A stretch of DNA of 64,000 nt from an uncultured Acidimicrobiales bacterium (GTDB taxonomy: Bacteria; Actinomycetota; Acidimicrobiia; Acidimicrobiales; VFJN01): NCBI GenBank assembly GCA_963778415.1, contig CAVZUI010000013.1:67976-131975 (forward strand), given 5' to 3'. Made by a program: the position numbers and the translations under genes. Shown piece after piece: positions 48,352 through 59,229 of this stretch (positions are counted from its first letter, which is position 1; the number at the start of each line of letters is the position of its first letter). The notes beneath the pieces are model-generated. The model made no database searches and had not been told where the DNA came from. It worked only from the letters and a program-made list of their open reading frames with translations.

Positions 48352-50057
48352 CGGTGGACCGCCGCCGACCTCGTCGCCGCGGCGCGCGCCTGGCGCGACG
48401 AGGACCCCGACCCCGAGACCCGGGCCGAGGTCGACAGCCTGCTGGCGAGCGCCGGCGGCGGCCCCGACCTCGACGCCCTGGCCGAGCGCTTCGGCGCCCG
48501 CCTGCAGTTCGGCACCGCCGGGCTGCGGGGCGAGATGGCGGCCGGGCCGAACCGCATGAACCGCGCCGTGGTGATCCGGGCCACCGCCGGGCTCGCGGCC
48601 CACCTGGTCGCCACCGGGCACGCGGGCGAGCCGGTGATCGTGGGCTACGACGCCCGCCACCGGTCCGATCGCTTCGCCCGCGACGCGGCGGCGGTGCTGG
48701 CCGCCGCCGGGTTCCCGGTCCACCTCGGCGACCGGCCGCTGCCCACCCCGGTGGTGGCGTTCGGGGTCACCCACCTCGGGTGCTGCGCCGGCGTGCAGGT
48801 CACGGCCAGCCACAACCCGCCACGCGACAACGGGTACAAGGTGTACCTCGGCGACGGCGCCCAGATCGTGCCGCCGTCCGACGCCGAGATCTCCGCGCAG
48901 ATCGACGCGGTGGGCCCGCTCGCCACCGTGCCGAGGGCGGCCGACGACGACCCGCGCATGGCGGCCGCCGGGCGACGCGCTCGTCGACGCCTACGTCGCC
49001 GGGGCGCTGGCCCAGGCCGTCGAGCCCGACGGCACGCGAGCTGGGGATCGTCTACACGCCGCTGCACGGCGTCGGCCGCGACGTGCTCGTCGAGGTGCTC
49101 ACCGGCGCCGGGCTTCGCCCCGCCCGTGGTCGTGGCCGAGCAGGGCGCGCCCGACCCCGACTTCCCGACCGTCGCCTTCCCCAACCCCGAGGAGCCGGGA
49201 GCGCTCGACCTGGCGCTCGCCGCCGCGGGCCGTTCCGGGGCCGACGTCGTGATCGCCAACGATCCCGACGCCGACCGGCTCGCCGTCGCCCTGCCCGGAG
49301 CGTCCGGCCGAGCGGCGTCCGACGGGTGGGGACCGCTCTCCGGCGACGAGATCGGCGTGGTGCTGGCCGACTGGCTGCTGGCCCACGGCCGCGGGCGCCG
49401 ACCGGCTGGTGGCGACCTCGGTCGTGTCGTCGTCGATGCTCGGCCGCCTGGCGGCCGCCCGGGGCGTCGCCTACGCCGAGACGCTGACCGGGTTCAAGTG
49501 GCTCGCCCGGGCCGCGCTCGACCGGCCCGACCTGCGCTTCGTGTACGGCTACGAGGAGGCGCTCGGCTCGTGCGTCGGCACCCTCGTGCGCGACAAGGAC
49601 GGCATCACGGCCGCCCTCGCCTTCGCCGAGCTGGCGGCCGCGGAGCGCCGCGCCGGGCCGCACCGTGCGCGACCGCCTCGACGACCTCGCTCGCGAGCTG
49701 GGCGTGCACGCCACCGGGCAGCGGTCGGTGCGGGTCGAGGGCGTCGACGGCCTGGCCCGCATGGCGGCGGCTGTCGACGCTCTGGCCGCGTCCCCGCCCG
49801 CCTCGGTGGCCGGGACGGCGGTCGACGAGGTCGAGGACCTGCGACTCGGTGAGCGGCTGCCCCCGACCGAGGGCATCGTGCTGCGGGGCGAGGGCGTCCG
49901 GCTGATCGTGCGCCCGTCGGGCACCGAACCGAAGCTCAAGTGCTACGCGGAGGCGGTCGTGCCGGTGGGCGAGGGCGTCGACCTCGCCGCCGCCCGCGCC
50001 CGAGGCCGCGCCACCGTGGACGCGCTCCTCGACGACGCGGTCGCCCTCGTCACCTGA
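48348..50057 (+). CDS. Phospho-sugar mutase (alpha-D-phosphohexomutase superfamily; phosphopentomutase role likely from context); about five apparent frameshifts
   Basis: Pieces: [28 protein letters not shown]...[32 protein letters not shown]...[13 protein letters not shown]...[19 protein letters not shown] (active-site TASHNP); [14 protein letters not shown]; [19 protein letters not shown]...[13 protein letters not shown]; [26 protein letters not shown]...YGYEEALG; [16 protein letters not shown] (ORF 49665-50057). Confidence 0.88.
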
Positions 50058-50068
50058 CCACGAGACGA

Positions 50069-50116
50069 TTTCCACAGCAGTTTCGGGGGTCAGGACCCCC
50101 GAAACTGCTGTGGAAA
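50069..50116. terminator. Perfect 22-bp-stem hairpin (loop CAGG) between convergent genes; candidate bidirectional terminator
   Basis: TTTCCACAGCAGTTTCGGGGGT cagg ACCCCCGAAACTGCTGTGGAAA. It lies 12 nt after the mutase stop (50057) and 6 nt after the upp stop (50122). It is less GC-rich than its surroundings and has no U-tract. Confidence 0.65.
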
Positions 50117-50121
50117 AGTCG

Positions 50122-50751
50122 TCAGGCGGTGCCGAACAGGCGGTCGCCCGCGTCGCCGAGGCCCGGGACGATGAACGCCCGTTCGTCGAGCCGCTCGTCG
50201 ACGGCCGCGGTGACCACCCGCTCGACCAGGCCCGACTGCTCGATGTGGGCGAGGCCCTCGGGGGCGGCGAGCACGCACACGCCGGTCAGGGGGCCGGCCC
50301 CCCGGTCGTGGAGGATCTGGCAGGCGTGGGCCAGCGAGCCGCCGGTGGCCAGCATCGGGTCGAGCACCAGCACCGGCCGCCCCGCGAGGTCGGCGGGCAC
50401 CGAGTTCATGTAGGGCTCGGGGACGAGCGTCTCCTCGTTGCGGGACACGCCGATGAACGCGGTGTCGGTGTCGGGCAGCAGGCGGATCACCGCGCCGTGG
50501 AGGCCGAGCCCGGCGCGCAGCACGGGCACGACGAGCGGCGGCCGGGAGATGCGCACGCCCTCTGCCGGGCCCATGGGGGAGGTGACGTCCACCCGCTCGG
50601 TCGGCAACGTGCGGCACGCCTCGTAGACGAGCATGCCGGCCAGCTCGTCCATGGCGAGGCGGAAGGCGGCGCGGTCGGTGGTCTCGTCGCGCAGGCGGGT
50701 CAGCGACCGGGCGGCGAGGGGGTGGTCGACGACGGTGAGTTCCATGCTCAC
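50122..50751 (-). CDS. upp: Uracil phosphoribosyltransferase
   Basis: Intact 209-aa ORF: VVDHPLAARSLTRLRDETTDRAAFRLAMDELAGMLVYEA...PVLRAGLGL...VLVLDPMLATGGSL (PRPP loop)...DERAFIVPGLGDAGDRLFGT. Confidence 0.95.
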   Translation of the reverse strand: MSMELTVVDHPLAARSLTRLRDETTDRAAFRLAMDELAGMLVYEACRTLPTERVDVTSPMGPAEGVRISRPPLVVPVLRAGLGLHGAVIRLLPDTDTAFIGVSRNEETLVPEPYMNSVPADLAGRPVLVLDPMLATGGSLAHACQILHDRGAGPLTGVCVLAAPEGLAHIEQSGLVERVVTAAVDERLDERAFIVPGLGDAGDRLFGTA

Positions 50752-50881
50752 GGCAGTCTCGCATGAGAGGTTCAGCGGAAGGTCACGTTTGCAGGGCTTC
50801 GGCGGCTCCGCCGCCAGCGCAACGAGGCTGTTTCCCGCTCATGGCGCCTTCGGCGCCGGGCCGCTTGGGCCACGGCCTCGC

Positions 50882-51899
50882 CTAGCGGCTCGGCCTCGGT
50901 GCCACGGCGTCGGCGAACGACCGCAGCTCGCGTTCGATGTCGGTGCCGCCGGGCTGGAACGCGACCTCGGTCACGCCGGCCTCGGCCAGCGCCGCGACGC
51001 GGCCTCCGACGTCGGCGGCGGCGCCGGTGAGGGTGAAGGCCGGGATCATGGCCGCCGCGCCGGCGTCCAGCGCGGTGCGGTCGCGGTGCGCTCAGCTCGA
51101 CGAGGTGGCCCTCGTGGGTGGCGAGGTGCCGTCGGTCGTGGGGGAGCGCCTCGAGCGCGGCCCGCCACTCGGGCCCGCCGGGGAGGTTGTCGACCGCGGC
51201 GGCGCCGCCCCGCTCGTACAGCCCGTGCAGGGCGACCGCCATCGCCGGGCCGGCCGCCTCGATGACCCGGGGCGCGTCGGCGGCCTCGCCCTCGTCGAGC
51301 ACCGTGCCGAAGGTCAGGAGCGCGTGCCATCCCCCGGCTGCGGCGGGGTTGGGCAGGCCGGCCGAGAACATGCCGTCGGCCAGCTCGCGGGCGACCGCGG
51401 TGCCACGCGGGCCGTCGGCGCCGAGCAGGATCGGCACGTCGATCGGCCGCGGCGCTCCGAACCCGTCGGGGTGGATCATCCGGACGGGCCGCCCCTCCCA
51501 CGTCGTCTCGTCGCCGCGCAGCAGGGCGCGCAGCGCGATCACGTAGGCGCGCACGTCGTCCCAGCGCATGGCCCGCTGGCCGAGCACGTGGCGGCCGGTG
51601 AACCCGGCGCCGAGCGTGACCGCCACGCGTCCGGGCGCGAGGTCGGCGAGCGTGGCGATGGCGGCCGCGGTGACCATCGGGTGGCGGAGGCTCGGCACGA
51701 TGACCGCCGGGCCGAGCCCGATCGTGCTGGTGCGCTCGGCGCAGCGGGCCAGGCTCATCCACACGTCGTGGTAGAGGGCGGGCGAGTCGTAGAGCCAGGC
51801 CCGGCCGTAGCCGAGCTCCTCGGCCAGGGCGACGTGATCGGGGGTGTCCTTTCCCGGCGGGAAGGCGGCGGAGAGGGTGAGCGAGCGAGCCATCAGCAC
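50882..51899 (-). CDS. LLM-class (luciferase-like) F420-dependent oxidoreductase; one apparent frameshift near 51095
   Basis: ORF 50772-51899: PDHVALAEELGYGRAWLYDSPALYHDVWMSLARCAERTSTIGLGPAVIVPSLRHPMVTAAAIATLADLAPGRVAVTLGAGFTG. The C-terminus is recovered in another frame: RDRTALDAGAAAMIPAFTLTGAAADVGGRVAALAEAGVTEVAFQPGG...stop at 50882. Confidence 0.85.
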
Positions 51900-52113
51900 A
51901 GTGTGTTAGTCGGTCCGGGGGGCCGATCGCTCACGGCGCGCATCGCGAAGCGTGCGGCGGTGAGGGCCATCGGGCCGGCACCGTACCGGCCGGGCCGTCG
52001 GGCCGGCCGGGCGCACGGCGGGGCCCTTCACCCGCGGCGGGTGACGACCGCGGGACCACAGGGCGACGACACTGCGAACACCGATCCACCGAGAGGCGAG
52101 GCGCACAGGTGAG

Positions 52114-52347
52114 ATGAGCTTCCTGTACGAGGTCCGTGTGCGTGGCCGGTTGAGCCGCACCCTGGCGACGGAGTTCGAAGAGCTCGCGCTCGCGGCCAAC
52201 GTCGAGCCGGTCGAGACGGTCCTGAGCGGTCCCATCGAGGACCAGGCCGCGCTCCACGGGCTCCTGCGTCGCATCGAGTCGCTGGGGCTCGAGCTGGTCG
52301 AGGTCCGCCGCTTCCCTCCGGTGACCGAGCCGTCGGACGGCGCCTGA
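52114..52347 (+). CDS. Small conserved hypothetical protein (77 aa)
   Basis: Intact ORF: MSFLYEVRVRGRLSRTLATEFEELALAANVEPVETVLSGPIEDQAALHGLLRRIESLGLELVEVRRFP. Composition is protein-like. It resembles a small family common in actinobacteria (recalled from memory, not verified). Confidence 0.7.
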   Translation: MSFLYEVRVRGRLSRTLATEFEELALAANVEPVETVLSGPIEDQAALHGLLRRIESLGLELVEVRRFPPVTEPSDGA

Positions 52348-52353
52348 CGGGGG

Positions 52354-52836
52354 TCAGACGACGGGCGAAGCCGGGACCGCGGCGGCGGCCGCCGGGTTCA
52401 CGTGGTCGCGGACCTTGTGGAGCAGGGCGAGCAGCAGCACCCGCTCGTCGGCGGCGAGCGCGCTGGTGAACACCTCCTCGACGTGGCCGAGGTGCGGGGT
52501 CACCGCGTGGGTGATGCGCTGGTAGCCCTCGGGGGTGAGCGCGGCGAAGGCCCCGCGACCGTCGTCGGGGCAGGGCACCCGCTCGACGAGAGCTGCGGCC
52601 GTGAGGCGGTCGATCGCCCGGGTGAGGCCGCTCGGCGTCAGCCCCGTCTGGGCCGCGAGGTCGCTCATGCGGAGGTGGCGGCCCGGCGAGCGAGCCAGCC
52701 GGATCAGGAGCTCGAACCACTGGAGCGGCAGGTCGACGTCCTCGGTCAGCCGGTGGTCGAGCTGCGTGCGCAGCGCCGACGAGCTCTCGAACAGCAGCCC
52801 GACCAGCGTGAGGCGGTCGTCCTTCAGCTCGTCCAT
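52354..52836 (-). CDS. MarR family transcriptional regulator
   Basis: ORF 52354-53115 frame from MDELKDD (ATG 52834-52836): LTLVGLLFESSSALRTQLDHRLTEDVDLPLQWFELLIRLARSPGRHLRMSDLAAQTGLTPSGLTRAIDRLTAAALVERVPCPDDGRGAFAALTPEG. Confidence 0.9.
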   Translation of the reverse strand: MDELKDDRLTLVGLLFESSSALRTQLDHRLTEDVDLPLQWFELLIRLARSPGRHLRMSDLAAQTGLTPSGLTRAIDRLTAAALVERVPCPDDGRGAFAALTPEGYQRITHAVTPHLGHVEEVFTSALAADERVLLLALLHKVRDHVNPAAAAAVPASPVV

Positions 52837-52994
52837 GACGGGGATACTACGAACGATGCTTGCGCGGTCAAGTAAGACCCGCGCGATCCCGCGACGATCA
52901 TGCACGAGGGGTGCAAGAAACTGCCGGGCCGTGTCATCATGTGTCCGCCGTCGTTCGTACGACGATCGAGCTGGCTGGATCGAGGGGGAACCAG

Positions 52995-54544
52995 ATGGCC
53001 GAGCAGCCAACGTCCGGGTCGCCGGACGCGACCGCAGGTCCGGCAGCGGACGAGGCGGCCGACGCCGCCGCGGCGTCCGCCGTCCCGCCCGCGCCGCCGT
53101 CCCGCCCCGCGCCACGGTCGGCGACGCCCTGCGCTGGCTGGCCGTCGCCGCCTGCGCCGGCGCCGCGGTGATCCACTTCGCCTACGCACCGACCCACCTC
53201 GAGGAGGACGCCACCCACGGCACGTTCTTCCTGGTCACGGGCTGGCTGCAGCTCGGGTTGGCCTTCGCGCTGGCACGGTGGCGCACCGATCGGTGGCCCT
53301 GGTTGGCGGCGGGCGCGGTCAACGCGGCCGTCGCCGCGGTGTGGGTCCTCACCCGCACCGCGGGGCTGCCGGGCGAGGATCCCGAGTCGGTCGGGTTCCC
53401 GGACACGCTGGCCACGGTGCTCGAGATCGTGGTCGTCGTGGCCGCGGTCGCCGCCCTGCGGCCGGCGCTGGCCAGGCGCCCGTCGTTCCGCCCCCACCCC
53501 GCGATCGCAGGGGCGGCGGCCGTGGCGCTGGCGGTGCTGGTGTCCGTGTCCGTCACGCCCTCGATCGCGGGTGAGCACGACCACGGCGGGGACGGAGGCC
53601 ACGACCACGGGGTCGAGGGCGAGTCGGCCGGCGCGGCCGGGCACGACCACGGCGCCGGGGCGGCCACCGCCGAGGTGGATCCCGAGGACCGCTGCGACCT
53701 CGGCTTCAACACCGCGGCCTACAACGAGGTCAGCGTGCCCGGTCTGCCGCACGCCCACGACGACGGCACCCAGGTCGACTTCACCATCGCCGAGTGGGCG
53801 GACGTGTTCGTCGACCCGGCCGACGGCATCCCGCCCGGCGTGGTCGCCGCCTTCGTCGAGGACCGGCCGCTCCTGCGCGACGGCATCCTGTCCGGTGGCA
53901 TCACCCACACGCTCGAGCCCGATCCCTGGAACCCGCTCACCGACCCCGACGAGTGCGATGCGCTCGCCGACGAGCTGACCCGGGCCAAGGAGGTGGCGGC
54001 GACGTACCCGACGATCGCCGAGGCCGAGGCCGCCGGGTACCGCAAGGTCACGACCTACTACCCGGGCATCGCCGCCCACTACATGAACTACAGCTACGTC
54101 GACGGTGACTTCGAGCTCGAGAAGCCCGAGATGCTGCTGTACGACGGCGACGGCCCGACCGCCGGCATCGTCGGGCTCAGCTACTACATCATGAAGGACG
54201 GCGACGAGGAGCCGACCGAGGGCTTCACCGGCGACAACGACCACTACCACCGCCACGTCGGCCTGTGCTTCCGCGAGGGGGTGGTGGCCGCGGGCTCGAG
54301 CACGAGCGAGGAGGACTGCGGGGCCATCGGCGGAAGCAAGTCCGACGGCACCGCGGGGTGGATGAGCCACGTGTGGATCACGCCGGGGTGCGAGAGCGAC
54401 TGGGGCGTGTTCTCGGGCGCCAACCCGGCCATCACGGTGCGGGGCCTCGACACGAGCGCACCGACCGAGACCGGGTGCGGTACCGGCGAGACGATGGCCG
54501 GCGCCCTCGCCTTCGACGAGAGCGGCGACGGTCCGTCGATCTGA
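52995..54544 (+). CDS. Hypothetical membrane protein with four N-terminal TM helices, a His-rich linker and a Cys/His-containing extracytoplasmic domain; one apparent frameshift near 53100
   Basis: ATG 52995 with RBS GAGGGGGA (MAEQPTSGSPDATAG..., ORF 52860 frame) joins the ORF 52535-54544 frame: LRWLAVAACAGAAVIHFAYAPTHLEEDATHGTFFLVTGWLQLGLAFALA..., EHDHGGDGGHDHGVEGESAGAAGHDHG, ...YYPGIAAHYMNYSYVDGDFELEKPEMLLYDG...GDNDHYHRHVGLCF...WMSHVWITPGCESDWG. Confidence 0.7.
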
Positions 54545-54554
54545 CGCCGCCGCC

Positions 54555-55472
<918 letters not shown>

Positions 55473-55482
55473 CGACCCCGGT

Positions 55483-56178
55483 CTACTCGGCCGCGGCGGC
55501 CGTCCCGTAACGCTCGAGGTGGACGACCTCGTCGACGGGCCGGCGGGGCTTCGGCCCGTACCGGCCCGTCGGCCAGCCGAGCGGCACGATGCAGCACGGT
55601 TCGACGCTGAGCGGCAGGCCGAGGATGCGCCGGGCGACGGTCGTCGACCACAGGGGCAGCGTGATGAGCGAGGCGCCGAGCCCGACCGCCCGCGCCGCCA
55701 GCAGCAGGTTCTGCACGCTCGGGTAGATCGACCCGTAGTGCGAGCTGTTGGCCAGGGCCGGCATCGGCACGTACGGGACCTTCCCGCCGCCACGCAGGCA
55801 GGCGACGACGAGCACCGGGACGTCGGGCAGGTGATCGACCTGCCACTGCACCGAGCGCAGGATCTTGGCGGTCTGCGGGTCGTCGCCCCGCACCCGTTCG
55901 CCGGCTCGGCCGTAGAGCGACCAGGCCCGGCGGTACTGCACCTGGAACCGCTCCTTGGTGGCCCGCTCGGTCACGACCACGAACTCCCAGTTCTGGCCGT
56001 TCGACCCGGTCGGCGCCTCGAGGGCGAGCTCGATGCACCGGCGGACGATGCGCACGTCGACCGGGTCGGGCCGCACCCGGCGCACGGCGCGCTGCGTCGT
56101 CATGGCGTCGACGAGGGGCATGGCCAGGCGCCGCTCGACCTCGGCGAGGTCGTCGGTGGGGCCGAGGTCGGTGTCCAT
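55483..56178 (-). CDS. Nitroreductase family protein
   Basis: Intact 231-aa ORF: AMTTQRAVRRVRPDPVDVRIVRRCIELALEAPTGSNGQNWEFVVVTE...YGSIYPSVQNLLLAARAVGLGASLITLPLW...CCIVPLGWPTG. Confidence 0.9.
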   Translation of the reverse strand: MDTDLGPTDDLAEVERRLAMPLVDAMTTQRAVRRVRPDPVDVRIVRRCIELALEAPTGSNGQNWEFVVVTERATKERFQVQYRRAWSLYGRAGERVRGDDPQTAKILRSVQWQVDHLPDVPVLVVACLRGGGKVPYVPMPALANSSHYGSIYPSVQNLLLAARAVGLGASLITLPLWSTTVARRILGLPLSVEPCCIVPLGWPTGRYGPKPRRPVDEVVHLERYGTAAAAE

Positions 56179-56238
56179 GCGGTCAGCCTCGCGGATCCGC
56201 TCGGCCCGCGTCGGGCTGGTGGCCGGGGCGATCCGCGG

Positions 56239-57628
56239 TCAGCCCGGGGCCGCGGTCAGCCGGGGCCCGGTCAGGTCGACGTGCGAGCCGAGCACCTCCA
56301 TCACCTGCGCCGCCAGGCGGTCGGCTCCGTCCTCGGTGAGGTGGATGCCGTCGTCGAGGCGGACGTCGACGGGGGTCGCCCGCCGGGTCGGGGAGGGTGT
56401 CCGCGAACGCCCCCGAGGCGTCGGCCAGGCTGGCGCCGGCGTCCACGGTGACGATCCACGGCCGGGAGGCGGCCTCGGCCTCGACGGCCTGGGTCACGAC
56501 CGCCATGCGGGCGGCGTAGTCGGGGTCCCGCATCGGCGGGAGCAGGACCCACAGCACGAGGCGGTCGTCGGCCCGGAGGTCGTCCATCACCTCGGCCGAC
56601 CCGCCGCCGGTACTCCTCGGACCAGCGCGGGTCGGCCACCTCGGGGATCGGCGTCCCGTCGTCGAGGACGATGCCCTGGGCGTCGTTGACGCCGAAGACC
56701 ACGACGAGCACCTCGGGGTCGTCGGCCGCGAGGTCGGCCTGCAGGGCGCCGGGCCAGTCGAAGTAGTCGGGACGGGTCAGGCCGGAGGCCATCTCGTAGT
56801 GGACGGACGGGGCGACCAGCCCGGTGGACCCCGCGGCGTCGGCCAGGGCGGGCCCGAACACCTGGGCCATCGAATCGCCCCCGACCCACAGCCGCAGGGG
56901 ATCGTCGGCCGTGGGCGCCCGCAGCTCGACGGCCGCGGGTGCCGCCTCGGCTCCCGCCTCGTCGGGCGCGGTCGAGGCGGTGGTCTCGCGGGCGCCGTCG
57001 GAGGCGGGCCCACGCCGGCTGTCGCGGGTGGTCGGGGCGGGATCCTGGGCGTCGTCGTCGGCATCGTCGTCGCCCACGACCCGATCGGCGACCTGGCGGA
57101 TGCGGTGGAGCTGGAGCGCGTGGCTCACGTCCTGCACGGGGTGCCACACGGCGAGGGCGCGGTCGCGGGCCCGGCCGGGGGCCTGGCGCTCGGCCCGGGC
57201 CACGAGCGCGTCGGCGTTCACGAGCATCGCCAGCACGAGCGACGCCACGATGAGGACCAGGACCCGCCCCGCCGGTTGCCGCCCCACGACCAGGTCGTCA
57301 CCGCCGTCCGCGGCATCGCCGCCCGGCTGGACGTCCGTCCTGATCTGGGCCTCGAGTCGGGCGTGGTCATCGGCTTCGGGGTCGCCGTCGACGTCGCGGC
57401 CGGCCCCGCGGCGGCCGCCACCGCGCCGCCGGTCCGGCCGGCGTCGTCCTCGGCGTCGCCCGGTCGGTCGGGCGACTGGTCGCGGGCGGTGCGCGCCCGG
57501 CTGCGTGCGTGCCGAGCCCGCCGCCGGCTGCCCAGCACGGCCAGGTCCTCGGACTCGGTCGGGTCGTCACCGGGCCAGCCGGGAGGGACGGGAGCGCGGG
57601 GCGGGCCGGTCCCGGTGGGAGGCGTCAT
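56239..57628 (-). CDS. SGNH/GDSL-like hydrolase (DUF459-type) with N-terminal disordered region and one TM helix; about three apparent frameshifts
   Basis: ORF 56301-57287: [22 protein letters not shown]...[20 protein letters not shown] (GDS block)...[33 protein letters not shown]. Then ORF 56183-56590 ([23 protein letters not shown]), then [22 protein letters not shown] (DxxH block) with stop 56239. The N-terminal extension to ATG 57628 (ORF 57218-57628) is tentative. Confidence 0.7.
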
Positions 57629-57653
57629 CGGGTGGGCGCGATCGTCGTGTCCA

Positions 57654-59128
57654 TCAGAACGGGAGGTAGGCGTAGGGGAGCGTGCCGTCGGGGCCCATGG
57701 CGGACACGAGCGTCAGGACCAGCGCCAGGACCGCCACCTGCGCGACGGGCGCCAGCGTGGTGAAGCGGGCCCGCAGCCCGAGGGTGAGATCGGGGGGCAC
57801 GAACTGGACCGCGATCGCCGCCACCACCACGACGACGGCGAGGGCGGGGACGAGGGCGACGTCGCCAGGGGCCACGGTCACGATCCGGCCCAGCACCTCG
57901 AGGGCGCTGCCCACCGAGTCGGCGCGGTAGAAGACCCAGGCGACGACGACGAGGTTGAACGTGAGCGCCCATCGCAGCACGGCGCCCACCCGCGTCGCCG
58001 GGGCGACCTCGGCCGCGTCGCGGCCGTCGCCGCCCCGGGCCCGGGCCGACACGGCCCGCTCGCCCGACGAGGTAGGCCCCGTGCAGGGCGCCCCAGACCA
58101 CGAACGGCCAGCCGGCGCCGTACCAGAGGGCCCCGGTGACCATGGTGAGGACGAGGTTCCGGTACGTCGTCCTCCCGCCGCGCCGGTTGCCGCCGAGCGG
58201 GACGTAGACGTAGTCGCGGAGCCAGTGGGACACCGGCGTGTTCCACCGGTCCCAGAACTCGCGCACCGACAGGGCGGAGTAGGGCGCGTCGAACGGGCGC
58301 GGGTACTCGATCCCGAGCAGCAGCGCGCAGCCCACGGCGATGTCGGTCAGCCCCGAGAACCCGGCGTAGATCTGCACCGCGAAGGCGTACAGGGCGGCGG
58401 CGAGAGCCCACCCGCTGGCGGCGCCGGGGTCGGCGAAGGCGGGGTCGACCAGCTCGGACCCCAGGTAGCCGGCGATCGACGACGGCCTTGAACAGGCCGA
58501 CGCCGACCAGCACGAACGCCTCGGTGGCGGGCACCCGCCGGGGGTCGGGCCGCTCGTGGAACTGCGGCACGAGCTCGTCGACCCGCACGGGTGGGCCGGC
58601 GACGAGGTGCGGGAAGAAGCTGAGGTACAGCAGCAGGTCGCCCCACGCGACCGGCTCGACGTCACCCCGCCCGACGTCGACGACGTAGCTGATGGCCTGC
58701 AGGGTGACGATCGACAGTCCCACCGGGACCAGCAGGCCCAGGGTCGGGGCGGTGGCCGACAGGCCGAGGGCGTCGAACACGTCGGTGACCGACTCGAGGA
58801 AGAACCCGTTGTAGGCGAACAGCCCGAGGACGGCGACGTCGACCGCCACGGCCGCGGCCACCCACCGGCGGCTGGCGGGCGTCGGATCGCCGAAGTCGAG
58901 GGCCCGGGCCGCCGCGGTCGCCAGCAGCCCGTTCACCACCGCCGACGCCACGATCAGCAGCGCGAAGCGGACGTCGACCCAGGCGCAGAAGTAGAGGCTG
59001 ACCGCCACCATCGTCGCCCGCCACAGCAGGTCGTGGGGACGCAGCAGCCAGTTCAGCGTGAAGGCGGCGACGAAGAAGACCGCGAAGGCTGCGGTGGGGA
59101 ACGGCATCGAGATCCCCAGGGGAGACAA
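57654..59128 (-). CDS. MBOAT family O-acyltransferase (AlgI/DltB-like); two apparent frameshifts (~58490, ~58070)
   Basis: ORF 57878-59128 ([21 protein letters not shown]...[14 protein letters not shown]...[26 protein letters not shown]), ORF 57625-58665 frame ([31 protein letters not shown]...[19 protein letters not shown], conserved His) and ORF 57654-58052 (tail TM helices). The start is 59128 or, more likely, 59107 (MPFPT). Confidence 0.88.
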
Positions 59129-59229
59129 TTGGCTGCTTCGCCGCCGATCGTACAGAGGTCGGTCAACCCCAGCGGCGATGGTGCCGGCCGGTTCCCGCCG
59201 TCCGCGCCGCCTCTGCCAGAATCACCCCC

